Positions 11,201 to 22,253 are shown, numbered from the stretch's first letter. The stretch: DNA of 64,000 bases from an uncultured Acidobacteriota bacterium (GCA_963742245.1 CAVULG010000006.1:36962-100961); one strand, 5' to 3'. Program-made: numbers and translations. Notes: a model not told the origin generated them from the sequence alone.

Positions 11201-13775
11201 CTCTGGAGCGCGGGACGAAGCTCGGCCCTTACGAGATCGTCGCGCCGATCGGCGCCGGCGGGATGGGCGAGGTTTACCGCGCACGGGACGAACGGCTCGA
11301 GCGCGACGTCGCCATGAAGGTGCTGCCGGCGACCTACTCGCCGGATGCGGAGCGGCTGCGGCGCTTCGAGCAGGAGGCGCGGGCGGCCTCCGCCCTGAAC
11401 CATCCCAACATCACGTCGGTCTACGATCTCGGGCTCGCACGACGGGTCGCCCTACATCGTGACGGAATTGCTCGAAGGCGAGACGCTGCGCGGCCGGCTC
11501 TCGGGCGGGCGCGCTGCTCGGTGCGCAAGGCGATCGGACTACGCGATCCAGATCGGCCGACGGGTCTCGCCGCGGCCCACGAGAAGGGGATCGTGCACCG
11601 GGACCTCAAGCCCGAGAACCTGTTCGTCACGAATGACGGGCGCGTCAAGATTCTCGACTTCGGCCTGGCGAAGCTGACGCAGGCCGACGGCGCGATGAGC
11701 GCCGCAGACGAACCTGCCCACGGCCGAGGGCACGCGAGCCCGGCGTCGTGCATGGGCACGCTCGGCTACATGTCGCCCGAGCAGGTGCGAGGGCAAGCCG
11801 GCGGACGCGCGCTCGGACATCTTCTCGTTCGGCGCGGTCCTCTACGAGATGCTCTCGGGCGCACGCGCGTTCAACCGGGACACGGCGGCCGAGACGATGT
11901 CGGCGATCATGCGCGAAGAGCCGCCGGACCTGTCGGCGACCAACAGGAACGTCCAGCCGGGCGCTCGAGCGGGTGGTGCGGCACTGCCTGGAGAAGAACC
12001 CCGAGGAGCGATTCCACTCGGCGCACGACCTGGCGTTCGACCTGGAGGCGCTGTCGGGAACGTCGGCCTCCGCCATCACGGCGCGTCCGGCCGCCGCTTC
12101 GCGCTTCCGTGCTCTCCCGCTCATCGCCGGAGCGCTGGCCGCGATCGCGCTGCTCGCCGCCGGCTACTTCTTTGGCAAGTCGAAGGGTGTCTCGGAGCCG
12201 CCGACGTTCAAGCAGCTGACGTTTCGCCGCGGAGCGATCTGGAGCGCCCGCTTCGGCTCCGACGGCAAGACGATCCTGACGACCGCCGCCTGGGACGGCA
12301 AGCCCGCCGAGATTTACGTCAGCCGTCCGGAATCCCCGGAGTCGCAGCCCTTCGGAATCGGCGACGCGGACGTCGCCGCGGTCTCGAGCACCGGCGAGAT
12401 CGCGGTCATTCTCAAGGCCGACTGGAACACCGCGTTCACGCGCCAGGGGACGCTGGCGCGCGTCGGCGCCACCGGGGGCGCTCCGCGCGAGCTGCTGGAG
12501 AAAGTCGAGGCCGTGGACTGGAGTCCCGACGGCAAGGACTTCCTGGTCGTCCGGTCCGACCAGGGCCAGAGCCGGCTCGAGTACCCGGCCGGAAAGGTCC
12601 TCTACGAGACCCGCGGCTGGATCGGGAACCCGCGGTTCTCTCGCGGCGGCGACCGCATCGCGTTCCTCGACCATCCGGCCATCAACGACGACGGCGGAAA
12701 GGTCGCGATCGTCGACCTCGCCGGGAAGAAAACCACGATCTCCCCCGTCTTCGCGACATCCTCGGGCCTCGCGTGGTCGCCCGACGGCTCGGAGGTCTGG
12801 TACACGGCCGCGGAGGTCGGCGGCAACCGCACCCTCCACTCCTCGACGCCTTCGGGACGGACGCGCATCATCGCGCGCGTCGCCGGCACGCTCACCCTGT
12901 ACGACGTGTCGGCGGACGGCCGCGTCCTGATCTCGCACGACGCGCAGCAGCAGGGGCTCGTCGCGCTCGGTCCTGGCGCGAGCCGGGAGGTCGATCTGTC
13001 CTGGCTCGACTGGAGCCTGCTGAGCGGTCTCTCGGCCGACGGCCAGACGGTCATCTTCACGGAGACGGGAGAAGGGGGAGGCCGCGGCTACTCGGTGTAC
13101 TTGCGCCGCCTCGACGGGTCGCCGGCCGTTCGGCTGGGCCAGGGCAGCGCTCAGTCGCTTTCCCCGGACGGGAAGCGCGTGCTGGCGTTCACCAAGTCGG
13201 GCGAAGCGCCCGAAATGGTGATCTATCCGACCGGAGCGGGCGAGCCGACGACGATTCCCGCAGGCGGGCTCGTTCTCCGCAACGCGCGGTGGATGCCCGA
13301 CGGGACGCGAATCCTGGCGGTCGCCTCCGAAGGCGACAAGCCCCTGCGCACGTGGCTCTTCGACACGCAGGGTGGCAAGCCCCGTGCGATCACGCCGGAG
13401 GGCTCTCGAGGGATCGGCCTCTCGCCGGACGGCCGGCGTTTCGTCGGGCGCACGCCGGAGAATCCGGCCGTCATCTTCTCGATCGACGGCGGCGAGCCGA
13501 CTCCCATCGTCGGTCTCGACGGATCGGATCAGGTGGCGGGATGGGCGCCCGATGGCCGCCTCTACGTCCGCCAGGGCGGCCCGTCGGCGGTCCCGGTGCC
13601 GGTCGTCCTCCACGACCCGGCGACCGGGAAGCAGGAGGCCTGGCGCACCTTCGTTCCCGCCGACGCGACCGGCGTCAACAACATCGTCACGATGCGGATC
13701 GCGCCCAACGGCGCCTACGCGTACAGCTACTACCGCCAGCTCTCGACGCTGTTTCTCGTCGAAGGGGTCCGATGA
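11197..13775 (+). pseudogene. Ser/Thr kinase - TM - PD40 beta-propeller protein; kinase domain carries multiple 1-nt indels, propeller part intact
   Basis: The GTG start overlaps the kinase-2 stop (GTGA). The kinase domain (11197..~11960) switches frame at least 6 times relative to kinase 2, with almost unchanged residues after correction. From [17 protein letters not shown] to ...[15 protein letters not shown] it is one uninterrupted frame (ORF 11748..13775). Confidence 0.7.
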
Positions 13776-16361
13776 CGCTGGCTGCCGGAACGAAGCTCGG
13801 TCCCTACGAGGTCCTCGCGCCGATCGGGGCGGGCGGCATGGGCGAGGTCTATCGCGCGCGGGATCCGCGACTGACGCGCGACGTGGCGATCAAGGTGCTG
13901 CCGGCGACGTTCTCGCAGGACCCGGATCGTTTGAAGCGGTTCGAGGCGCGAGGCGCGCGCGGCGGGAGTCCTGAACCATCCGAACATCACGGCGGTCTAC
14001 GACTTCGGGACGCACGACAACGCGCCGTACATCGTGACCGAGCTGCTGGAGGGCGAGACGCTGCGCAGCCGGCTCGGACCGGGCGCGATCTCGCCGCGCA
14101 AGGCGATCGACTACGCGGTGCAGATCGCGAAGGGGCTCGCGGCGGCGCACGAGAAGGGGATCGTCCACCGGGACCTGAAACCCGAGAACGTCTTTCTGAC
14201 GAAGGATGGGCGCGTCAAGATTCTCGACTTCGGCCTCGCGAAGCTCAAGCTCGACGGCGCCGAGAGCGGCGAGACGGACGCGGGGACGGTTTCCGGCGGG
14301 ACGCAGCCCGGTGTGGTGCTCGGGACGATGGGCTACATGGCGCCCGAGCAGGTGCGCGGGAAGGTCGCCGACAAGCGCAGCGACCTCTTCTCGTTCGGGA
14401 CGATCCTGTACGAGATGCTGTCGGGCCAGCGGGCATTCCGCGGGGACACCGCCGCCGACACGATCACGGCGATCCTGTCGAAGGAGCCGCCGGACCTTTC
14501 CCAGACGAACAGGGACATTCCGCCGGGCCTCGACCGGATCGTGCGGCACTGCCTCGAGAAGAACCCCGAGGAACGGTTCGAGTCGGCGCGCGACGTCGCC
14601 TTCGACCTCGACGCACTCTCGAGCGTCTCCACGCCGACGGGCGTGACGTCGATCCCGGCGCCTGCGAAACGCGCGCGGTGGATCGGTCCGGCGCTCATCG
14701 CGGCGGCGATCGCGCTCGCCGCGGGCCTGGCGGCGGGCTACCGCTACGGTAAGAAGGCCGGCTTCGTTCCGCCTCCGGCTTTCCAGCAGCTCACGTTCCG
14801 GCGCGGCGAGGTCTATGCGGCGCGCTTCGCTCCGGACGGCCAGACGGTCATCTACGCGGCGGCCTGGGACGGGCGGCCGGTCGAGCTCTTCGCGACGCGG
14901 ACGGACCGTCCCGAGTCGCGCGTCTTCGGCCTCGTCGGCGCGGATCTCCTCTCGATCTCGCACCAGGGCGAGATGGCCGTCTCTCTCGATCGCCACAACT
15001 TCTCGGCCTTTCTGCGCAGCGGAACGCTGGCGGAGATCGGAGTCAGCGGAGGCGTGGCGCCCCGTGCGATCGCCGACGACGTGCAGTGGGCCGACTGGGC
15101 TCCGGGCGGCAAGGAGCTCGCGATCGTGCGCGAGGTGAACCAGCAGAGCCGGCTCGAATATCCGATCGGAAAGACGCTCTTCGAGACTGCGGGCTGGATC
15201 AGTCATGCGCGCGTCTCGCCCGACGGGAAGCACGTCGCGTTCATGGAGCATCCGGTGCGCGGCGACGACGGCGGGTTCGTCGCCGTGGTGGACCGGGAAG
15301 GCAAGAAGCGGACGCTGACGGAACGCTACGCTTCCGAATGGGGCCTCGCCTGGACAGCGAGAGGCGACGAGATCTGGCTCACGGCCGCGAAGGTCGGCGC
15401 GAACCGCGCGCTGCACGGCGTTTCGCTGTCCGGCGCGGAGCGCATGCTGGCGCGCGTGACGCAGAGCCTGACCCTCCAGGATATTTCCGCGGACGGGCGG
15501 GCCCTCGTGGCGCACGACTCGATCCGCATCGGCATCATGGCGGGCGCCGAAGGCCAGGCGCGGGAACGTGAGCTCGCCTGGCTCGACTGGTCGTCGCTCT
15601 TCGATCTCTCGAGCGACGGCAAGACGATCCTTTTCTCCGAGACCGGCGAAGGATCGGGTCCGGCGTACTCGACGTTCATCCGAACGATCGACGGGGCTCC
15701 TCCCGTGCGCATCGGCGAAGGCGGCGGACAGGCGCTCTCGCCCGACGGACGGTGGGCAGCCGTGCAGGGCACGACGGAGGGGAAGCGCGGCGTCCTGCTC
15801 TACCCGACGGGTTCCGGCGAGACGATCGTTCTCAAGCTCGGCAATCTCGAGTATCAGGGGTCCGGAACGTTCACCCCGGACGGGAAGCGCTTCGTGTTCA
15901 GCGCCAACGAGCCCGGCCGCGGGTCGCGCATCTACTCCATCGACATTCCCGATGGGACGCCCAGGGCGGTGTCGCCCGAGGGCTATCGGACGTTCTCGGG
16001 CGGCGTTTCGCCCGACGGGAAGGGCGTCCTCGCCGCCGGGCCCGACCGAAAGCGCTACTTCTACCCGCTCGCGGGAGGCGAGCCGACGGCGGTCCCGGGA
16101 CTTGCGGCCGACGAGGGACCGGCCGGCTGGACCGACGACGGACGATTCCTGTACGTCTCACGGCGGCGCGACCTTCCGGGCCGCGTCTTTCGCCTCGAGC
16201 TCGCCACGGGAAAGAGAGAGCTCGCGCGCGAGGTGATGCCCGCCGACGGCTCGGGCATCGTGGACATCGCACCCATCCTCATCACCCCGGACGGGAAGTC
16301 GTATGTGTACGGATTCCAACGGACACTCTCTGATCTGTACATACTCGACGGGGTCAAATGA
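13772..16361 (+). pseudogene. Ser/Thr kinase - TM - PD40 beta-propeller protein; single frameshift near 13950 as assembled
   Basis: The ATG overlaps the kinase-3 stop (ATGA). [31 protein letters not shown]...RFEA, then a 1-nt insertion relative to kinase 5 (cgaggcgcgcgcggcgggagtc versus gaagcgcgggcggcgggggtg). The rest is intact in ORF 14034..16361. Confidence 0.8.
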
Positions 16362-16547
16362 GCCGTCGCTACGCGCCGCGCTCCGGGTCTGCGCCTGCGG
16401 CGCACCGGCCGTCGGCTCGCGCGGATGCGCGCTCGACCGCCGGCTTGACCCTGCGCTCCGCGCTTCGCTCCCGCGGCGCGAACCTCCTCCCTCCCTTCGG
16501 TCGGGAGACTATTCGCGCCGCGAACCGATCGGGCAGGGCGGCCTGAC

Positions 16548-19129
16548 GTGACTCTCGCCGCCGGAACGAAGCTCGGCCCGTACGAGATCCTCGCGCCCAT
16601 CGGCGCGGGTGGGATGGGCGAGGTCTACCGGGCGCGGGATCCGCGGCTGACGCGGGACGTCGCGATCAAGGTGCTGCCGGCGACGTTCTCGCAGGATCCG
16701 GACCGCCTCAAGCGCTTCGAGGCGGAAGCGCGGGCGGCGGGGGTGCTGAACCACCCGAACATCACGGCGGTCTACGACTTCGGGACGCATGACAACGCGC
16801 CGTACATCGTCACCGAGCTGCTCGAGGGCGAGACGCTGCGCAGCCGCCTGGGGCCCGGCGCCATTTCGCCGCGCAAGTCCATCGACTACGCGGTGCAGAT
16901 CGCGAAGGGGCTCGCCGCCGCGCACGAGAAGGGGATCGTCCACCGGGACCTGAAGCCCGAGAACGTGTTCCTGACGAAGGACGGGCGGGTCAAGATCCTG
17001 GACTTCGGCCTGGCGAAGCTCAAAACCGAGGGCGGGGAGGGCGGCCAGACCGAGGTGGGCACGGTCTCCGGAGGGACGCAGCCGGGCGTCGTCCTCGGAA
17101 CGATGGGCTACATGTCGCCCGAGCAGGTACGCGGGAAGGCGGCCGACAAGCGATCGGACCTCTTCTCGTTCGGGACGATCCTGTACGAGATGCTCTCGGG
17201 CCAACGCGCGTTCCGCGGCGACACGGCAGCGGACACGATTACGGCGATCCTGACGAAGGAGCCGCCGGATCTCTCGCAGACGAACCAGGACATCCATCCG
17301 GGGCTCGATCGCATCGTGCGGCACTGCCTCGAGAAGAACCCGGAGGAGCGCTTCGAGTCCGCGCGCGACCTCGCGTTCGACCTCGAGGCGCTGTCCGGCG
17401 TTTCCGTCACCTCGACGACCGGGATCAAGCCTCTCCCGGCGCTGACGCGCCGCCGCTTCCTGCCGATCGTGGCCGCCGGCCTCGGCGGCCTCGCCGTGGG
17501 CGCTGCGGGCGGCCTCTACGCGGGACGCAGGCTCTTCGAGCGGGGCAACGCGACCTTTCGGCAACTCACGTTCCGCAACGGACTCATGCAGGCCGCACGG
17601 TTCGGCCCCGACGGGCAGTCGATTTACTACGGCGCGGCCTGGGAAGGGCAGCGTCTCGAGATCTACCAGACGCGCCTCGACAGCCCCGACTCCCGGCTGT
17701 TCGGGCTTCCGGGCGCCGCGGTCCTGTCGATCTCTTCGGCGGGCGAGATGGCCGTTGGCCTGAACAGCCGCTCCACCGGAGGCTTCATCCGCACCGGGAC
17801 GCTCGCGCGTATCGGGATCACGGGCGGAGGGGCGCCCCGCGAGCTCGCGAGCGACATTCAGGGCGCGGACTGGTCCGCGGACGGCCAGACCCTCGCGATC
17901 ACGCGCGACCACGGCGGCAAGACCGACCTCGAGTACCCGCTCGGCAAGCCGATCTACTCGGTGCCCGGATGGCTGAGCCATCCCCGGATCGCCCCCGACG
18001 GAAAATCGATCGCCGTGCTCCATCACCCTGTCCGCGGCGACGACGGCGGGTACGTCGAGGTCGTGGATCTCGCGGGCAAGCCCACGGTCCTCACCAAGCC
18101 GTACGCGAGCATCGGCGGGCTCGCGTGGCGGCCCGACGGCCGGGAGATCTGGTTCGCCGGCGCCCGCATCGGATTCAACCGGTACCTCAACGCCGTGTCG
18201 ACCGGAGGGCGCACGCGCAGTCTCGCCGAAGCCACGGGCGGCCTCACGGTCGAAGACATCTCCAAAGAGGGACGCACGCTCGTCGTGCAGGACAAGGCCC
18301 GGCAGGGGATGCTCGGGCTCGCTCCCGGCGCCACGAAGGAGATCGAGATGTCCTGGCTCGACTGGGGCCTGCCGGCCGACATCTCCAATGACGGCCGGCT
18401 CCTGCTCTTCGACGAAAGCGGCGAAGGCGGCGGGTCGGGCTATTCCGTCTACGTGCGCAAGCTCGACGGCTCTCCGGCCGTCCGCCTGGGAGAAGGCTCG
18501 GCGCAGTTCCTTTCGCCGGACGCGTCGCAGGCCGGGGCGGTTCTCCAGCGCGAGGGCCGTGGCGTGATCCGGATCTATCCGACGGGGATCGGGGAGCCGA
18601 CGACGCTCGAGATCCCGGAGATCTCCGTCGACCAGTTCCAGTGGACCGACGACGGAAAGTCGCTGATCATCAGCGGGACCGAGCCCGGCCGCGGCCACCG
18701 CCTGTATCGTCCGTGACTTGGTTTCCGGAAAGCCCCGTGCGTTTTCTCCCGAGGGCTATCGGATCGCCGGAAGCCAGACCTATCCCGGCCGCGCGGTGCT
18801 CGCGTCCGGCCCGGACCGGAAGCGCTACCTCTACTCACTGGATGGCGGCGAGCCGACGGCCCTGCCGTTCGAGGCCACCGAACGCGTCGCGGGATGGAGC
18901 GCCGACGGGAAGTCCGCCTACATGCAGCCGATCTCGACGCTTCCCGCGACGATCACGGTCGTTGAGCTGGCATCGGGAAATCGGGACCCCTGGAGGAGCC
19001 TTGATGCCGACCGACGCGTCCGGGGTGACCACGATCGGCGGTGTGCGGGTCGCTCGTGGCGGCATCGCGTACGTGTATTCCTTCGTCCGCAACCTCGCCG
19101 ATCTCTACGTCGTCGAAGGCTTGAAGTGA
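16548..19129 (+). pseudogene. Ser/Thr kinase - TM - PD40 beta-propeller protein; two or more frameshifts in the last ~420 nt as assembled
   Basis: GTG start. Intact to ~18710 (ORF 16548..18716). Homology to kinase 4 continues in frame 1 (VSGKPRAFSPEGYRI...GGEPTALP...) and then in frame 2 from ~19000 (MPTDASGVTTIGG...YVYSFVRNLADLYVVEGLK*). Confidence 0.75.
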
Positions 19130-19443
19130 TCGCCGTCCCCAAGGCCGTCATGGTCGTCGGGTCCGAGCTCGCAATCGTCTGGGACGACGGACGGGAGGAC
19201 TATCTGCCGCTCGCGAAGCTCCGTCGCGACTGCCCCTGCGCGATGTGCAAGGGGGAGCCGGACCTCTTCGGGAAGATCTACCGCGGACCGGATCGCCCGC
19301 TGACGCCCCTGTCGGTCCAGGCCGCCGCGCATCGGTGGGTCGGGTCGTACGCGCTCCAGATCGACTGGGCCGACGGCCACAACGACGGGATCTACAGCTT
19401 CGAGACGCTGCGAAGAATGGGGTCGGAGGCGGGAGGGGTCTGA
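19126..19443 (+). CDS. DUF971 domain protein (gamma-butyrobetaine hydroxylase-like N-terminal domain)
   Basis: Tail of ORF 18718..19443: LAIVWDDGREDYLPLAKLRRDCPCAMC...ALQIDWADGHNDGIYSFETLR is typical DUF971. The GTG at 19126 overlaps the kinase-5 stop; an alternative ATG is at 19150. Confidence 0.7.
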   Translation: MIAVPKAVMVVGSELAIVWDDGREDYLPLAKLRRDCPCAMCKGEPDLFGKIYRGPDRPLTPLSVQAAAHRWVGSYALQIDWADGHNDGIYSFETLRRMGSEAGGV

Positions 19444-19456
19444 GAAGACGGGGTCA

Positions 19457-19473
19457 GACCCCCTTCGGGGGTC
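19457..19473. terminator. short GC hairpin between convergent genes
   Basis: gaccccc-ttc-gggggtc lies between the DUF971 stop (19443) and the CGNR stop (19482). It is embedded in a direct repeat ggggtcagaccc x2. Confidence 0.4.
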
Positions 19474-19481
19474 AGACCCTG

Positions 19482-20090
19482 CTAGGACTTTTTGCGGTGC
19501 CGCTTCCGGAAGGCCCGCACCTTCATCAGGTTTCCGCAGGTCCCCATCGCGCACCACTGGCGGCGATGGTTGCGGGTCGCGTCGAAGAAGTAGAGGACGC
19601 AGTCCGGGTTGCCGCAGCGGCGGACGAGGCCGAGGTTCCGGTTCGCCAGCAGGTCCGCGGCCGCTTCCGCGACGTGCCCGAGAAGCGCGATCGGATGCGT
19701 CGGCCGTGACGTGAAGCGGGTACGGAACCCGCCGCCCTGCCTCTCGAGCCGGAGATTCCCGTCGTTCTCGGCGAGGATGAAGTTGACGGCCGCGAGACCC
19801 TCCGTCGATACTCCGCGCCCCTTGACGATGCCGTCGACCATGTTGCGGAGCGTCTCGCGCAGCCCCCGCGCACGCTCGGCGATCCGTGCTCCTTCGGCGC
19901 CGTCGTTCCAGCGGCGGACCGCCTCGGCGCCGGCGCGCGGGTCGAGAGAGCCGACGCGGCAGAGCCAGCGAACGAAGTCCTCGAGCGTGGCGAGGAGCTC
20001 GACCGGTTGCCCCTTGACCAGCGGACGCGTGTTCAGGAAGTCCAGCGCGGGATGCCCGGCGAGCAGGGGAGAGTCGGCCTTCTCGTTCAC
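19482..20090 (-). CDS. CGNR zinc-finger domain protein (ABATE + zf-CGNR)
   Basis: N-terminal LDFLNT motif. C-terminal RRCGNPDCVLYFFDATRNHRRQWCAMGTCGN matches the CGNR zinc-finger signature. Confidence 0.85.
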   Translation of the reverse strand: MNEKADSPLLAGHPALDFLNTRPLVKGQPVELLATLEDFVRWLCRVGSLDPRAGAEAVRRWNDGAEGARIAERARGLRETLRNMVDGIVKGRGVSTEGLAAVNFILAENDGNLRLERQGGGFRTRFTSRPTHPIALLGHVAEAAADLLANRNLGLVRRCGNPDCVLYFFDATRNHRRQWCAMGTCGNLMKVRAFRKRHRKKS

Positions 20091-20147
20091 CCCGCGAGTG
20101 TAACCCTTCTCAGCCTCGAACGACGGATAGGTGGTGTCTGACCTGCC

Positions 20148-20480
20148 TCAACGCGTCGTGCGCGAGGCGGCGAAGAGGATGACGAGCGCCCCGGCCACGG
20201 CAAGGGCGGAGCCGAGCAGGTCGCTCCGCGTCGGCTTCTGGTGCTCGACGGCCCACAGCCAGACGAGGGAAGCCGCGATGTAGATCCCACCGTAGGCGGC
20301 GTAGGCGCGTCCGGCGAATGCGACCTGGACACGCGTGAGGACGACGGCAAAACCGACGAGACTGCCGCAGCCGAGGATCGCGAACGCGGGCGACGCGCCG
20401 CGGCGGAGCCAGGACCAGAACGCGAAGCAGCCTGCAATCTCGAGCACCGCGGCCAGGAGGAAAGCGGCGAGGCTTCTCAT
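20148..20480 (-). CDS. ynfA: YnfA family (UPF0060) small inner-membrane protein
   Basis: 110 aa with 4 TM helices. [28 protein letters not shown]...[17 protein letters not shown] is the characteristic YnfA sequence. Confidence 0.85.
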   Translation of the reverse strand: MRSLAAFLLAAVLEIAGCFAFWSWLRRGASPAFAILGCGSLVGFAVVLTRVQVAFAGRAYAAYGGIYIAASLVWLWAVEHQKPTRSDLLGSALAVAGALVILFAASRTTR

Positions 20481-20794
20481 CGCGACCTGCCGAACGTCTC
20501 GTGGATGAACGCCGCCGCGGCCGGGCCGTCGCCGCTCACGTCGAGGTGGACCGGTCCAAGACCCGACGCGACGGTGAGCTCGAAGCGGAGAAACGGGCAG
20601 CAGAGGCGCTCCAGGGCGAGGAGCTCTCCCAGGTCGGCGAGGATCGCGGGTTCCGCGGGGACCTCGAAGCGGTATCCGCCTTCGGTCGGGGCCGCTGCAT
20701 ACCCGGCCGCCTGGAATGCGGCAAGGAGCGCCTGCTCGCGGCGTTGCTGCTCGGCCGTGAGAGAGGAGAGGTCGCAGGCGACGGGGAGAGTCAT
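20477..20794 (-). CDS. hypothetical small protein with LERLCCPF motif, translationally coupled to ynfA
   Basis: 105-107 aa ORF. The stop overlaps the ynfA ATG (ATGA at 20477-20480). No family recognised by eye. Confidence 0.5.
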   Translation of the reverse strand: MTLPVACDLSSLTAEQQRREQALLAAFQAAGYAAAPTEGGYRFEVPAEPAILADLGELLALERLCCPFLRFELTVASGLGPVHLDVSGDGPAAAAFIHETFGRSR

Positions 20795-20821
20795 GACCAA
20801 AGCGTAACCTCGTCAGAACTG

Positions 20822-20910
<89 letters not shown>

Positions 20911-20967
20911 GGGGTCGGGAATCCTACAACAGGGCCGGAGAAAGGGCCCTTTTCGCCCCGATTTCCC

Positions 20968-20993
20968 GAATCACCCCCGCTCGCGATAGCGTA
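20968..20993 (+). promoter_or_regulatory. possible ECF-type promoter (GAATC-N17-CGTA) upstream of the sigma factor gene
   Basis: The GAATC ... CGTA spacing resembles autoregulated ECF promoters. The CGTA box ends 6 nt before the ATG at 21000. Confidence 0.25.
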
Positions 20994-20999
20994 CTTTCG

Positions 21000-21629
21000 A
21001 TGGCTGACGATCCCAACGCCTCGGATCTCGAGCTCGTTCGGCGGATCAAGCGGGGCGACGACGAGGCTTTTCGGGAAATGGTCGACAGGTACCACACGCG
21101 CGTCTATTCGCTTTCCTACGGCGTCCTGCACAACGCGGAGGATGCGGAGGAGGCGACCCAGGACACGTTCCTGACGCTCTACCGGAAGATCGGGACCTTC
21201 GACGAGTCCAAGAAGTTCTTCTCCTGGTTCTACCGCGTCGCGCTCAACTCCGCCTACAGCCGCGCGCGCCGGCGCAAGCCCGCGATCACGGTTTCTCTCG
21301 ACGACTACACGCCGCGTCTCGGCAGCGACGGCTCCGAGGCCTCGCCCCAGTACCAGGCCTGGGTCAGCGGCGTGGAGGACGAGGTGATCGCGCGGGATCT
21401 CGCCGAGCGCGCCGAGGCCCACATCGCCGAGCTGCCGGATGCCTACCGGGATGCGATCTGGATGGTGGACGTCGAGGAGATGAAGCCGGCCGACGTGGCC
21501 GAGACGCTCGAGATCTCGCTGCCGGCCTTGAAGTCCCGCCTCCACCGCGCGCGTCTCTTCGTGCGCCAGAAGCTCGCCGAGGCCGCTTCCGCGGCTCCCG
21601 CGCTGAGCGAGCGGAGGGCGGCCCCGTGA
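21000..21629 (+). CDS. ECF (sigma-70 family) RNA polymerase sigma factor
   Basis: Region 2 ([16 protein letters not shown]) and region 4 ([27 protein letters not shown]) motifs. Confidence 0.9.
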   Translation: MADDPNASDLELVRRIKRGDDEAFREMVDRYHTRVYSLSYGVLHNAEDAEEATQDTFLTLYRKIGTFDESKKFFSWFYRVALNSAYSRARRRKPAITVSLDDYTPRLGSDGSEASPQYQAWVSGVEDEVIARDLAERAEAHIAELPDAYRDAIWMVDVEEMKPADVAETLEISLPALKSRLHRARLFVRQKLAEAASAAPALSERRAAP

Positions 21630-21883
21630 GCCACGACGAGATGAACTGCCGCAAGCTCATCCTCGACTACCTCGCGGACTACGAGGATGGGTCCATGCCG
21701 GCGGCCGAGCGGCGGGACCTCGAGACGCACCTCTCGCACTGCCCGCCCTGCGTCCTCTTCCTCCACAGCTATCGCGCGACCGGACGCACGCTGCGGGCGT
21801 TGAAGCCGCGGGACATTCCGCGGAACCTCGCGGACGCGGTCGTCAAGTTCGTCAAGGCGCGCTGCAACAAGGACAAGGAGTGA
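21626..21883 (+). CDS. anti-sigma factor, zf-HC2 (ZAS) family
   Basis: 85 aa with an H-x3-C-x2-C motif (HLSHCPPC). The start overlaps the sigma gene stop. Confidence 0.75.
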   Translation: MSHDEMNCRKLILDYLADYEDGSMPAAERRDLETHLSHCPPCVLFLHSYRATGRTLRALKPRDIPRNLADAVVKFVKARCNKDKE

Positions 21884-22086
21884 CCGCTCCGGCCCGCGTC
21901 GCCGCGGCGGGCGCCCTCTTCCTGGCCCTCTTCGCCGTGATCTTCACGGCCGGTTCCGCGCTCGGCGTCTGGCCGCAGCCGCCCGCGGGCGGGTTCCGCG
22001 GAACGGATCTCGCGGCGGGTTTCGCGTTCGCGCTGGCGCTGCTGGTCAGCCTGCGCGCGCCGCGCCGGCCCGTTTCGCTGGGGTAG
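21880..22086 (+). CDS. small hydrophobic protein (2 predicted TM helices), coupled to the anti-sigma gene
   Basis: 68-aa ORF overlapping the upstream stop by 4 nt. Hydrophobic composition only. Confidence 0.4.
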   Translation: MTAPARVAAAGALFLALFAVIFTAGSALGVWPQPPAGGFRGTDLAAGFAFALALLVSLRAPRRPVSLG

Positions 22087-22089
22087 AAT
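22084..22089 (+). promoter_or_regulatory. -10 box TAGAAT for the SRP RNA
   Basis: TAGAAT lies 7 nt before the first base of the SRP RNA terminal helix. Confidence 0.55.
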
Positions 22090-22096
22090 TCCGGGT

Positions 22097-22227
22097 CCGG
22101 CGGCCGAAGATGAGTTCGGGCCCTGTGCGACGGAAGTCTCCGAACCTCGTCAGGCCCGGAAGGGAGCAGCGATCAGGAGGCGCCCCCGTGCGCCGCAGGT
22201 CAACCTGAGCTCATCTTCGGCCGCCGG
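22097..22227 (+). ncRNA. ffs: signal recognition particle RNA (small bacterial 4.5S type)
   Basis: Conserved domain IV sequence GTCAGGCCCGGAAGGGAGCAGC. An 18-bp perfect terminal helix (ccggcggccgaagatgag / ctcatcttcggccgccgg). Classic position immediately upstream of dnaX. Confidence 0.85.
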
Positions 22228-22240
22228 AATCGCTCCCGCG

Positions 22241-22246
22241 TAGAAT
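22241..22246 (+). promoter_or_regulatory. -10 box TAGAAT, 7 nt before the dnaX ATG (leaderless arrangement)
   Basis: tagaat-gcccccg-ATG. Confidence 0.5.
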
Positions 22247-22253
22247 GCCCCCG

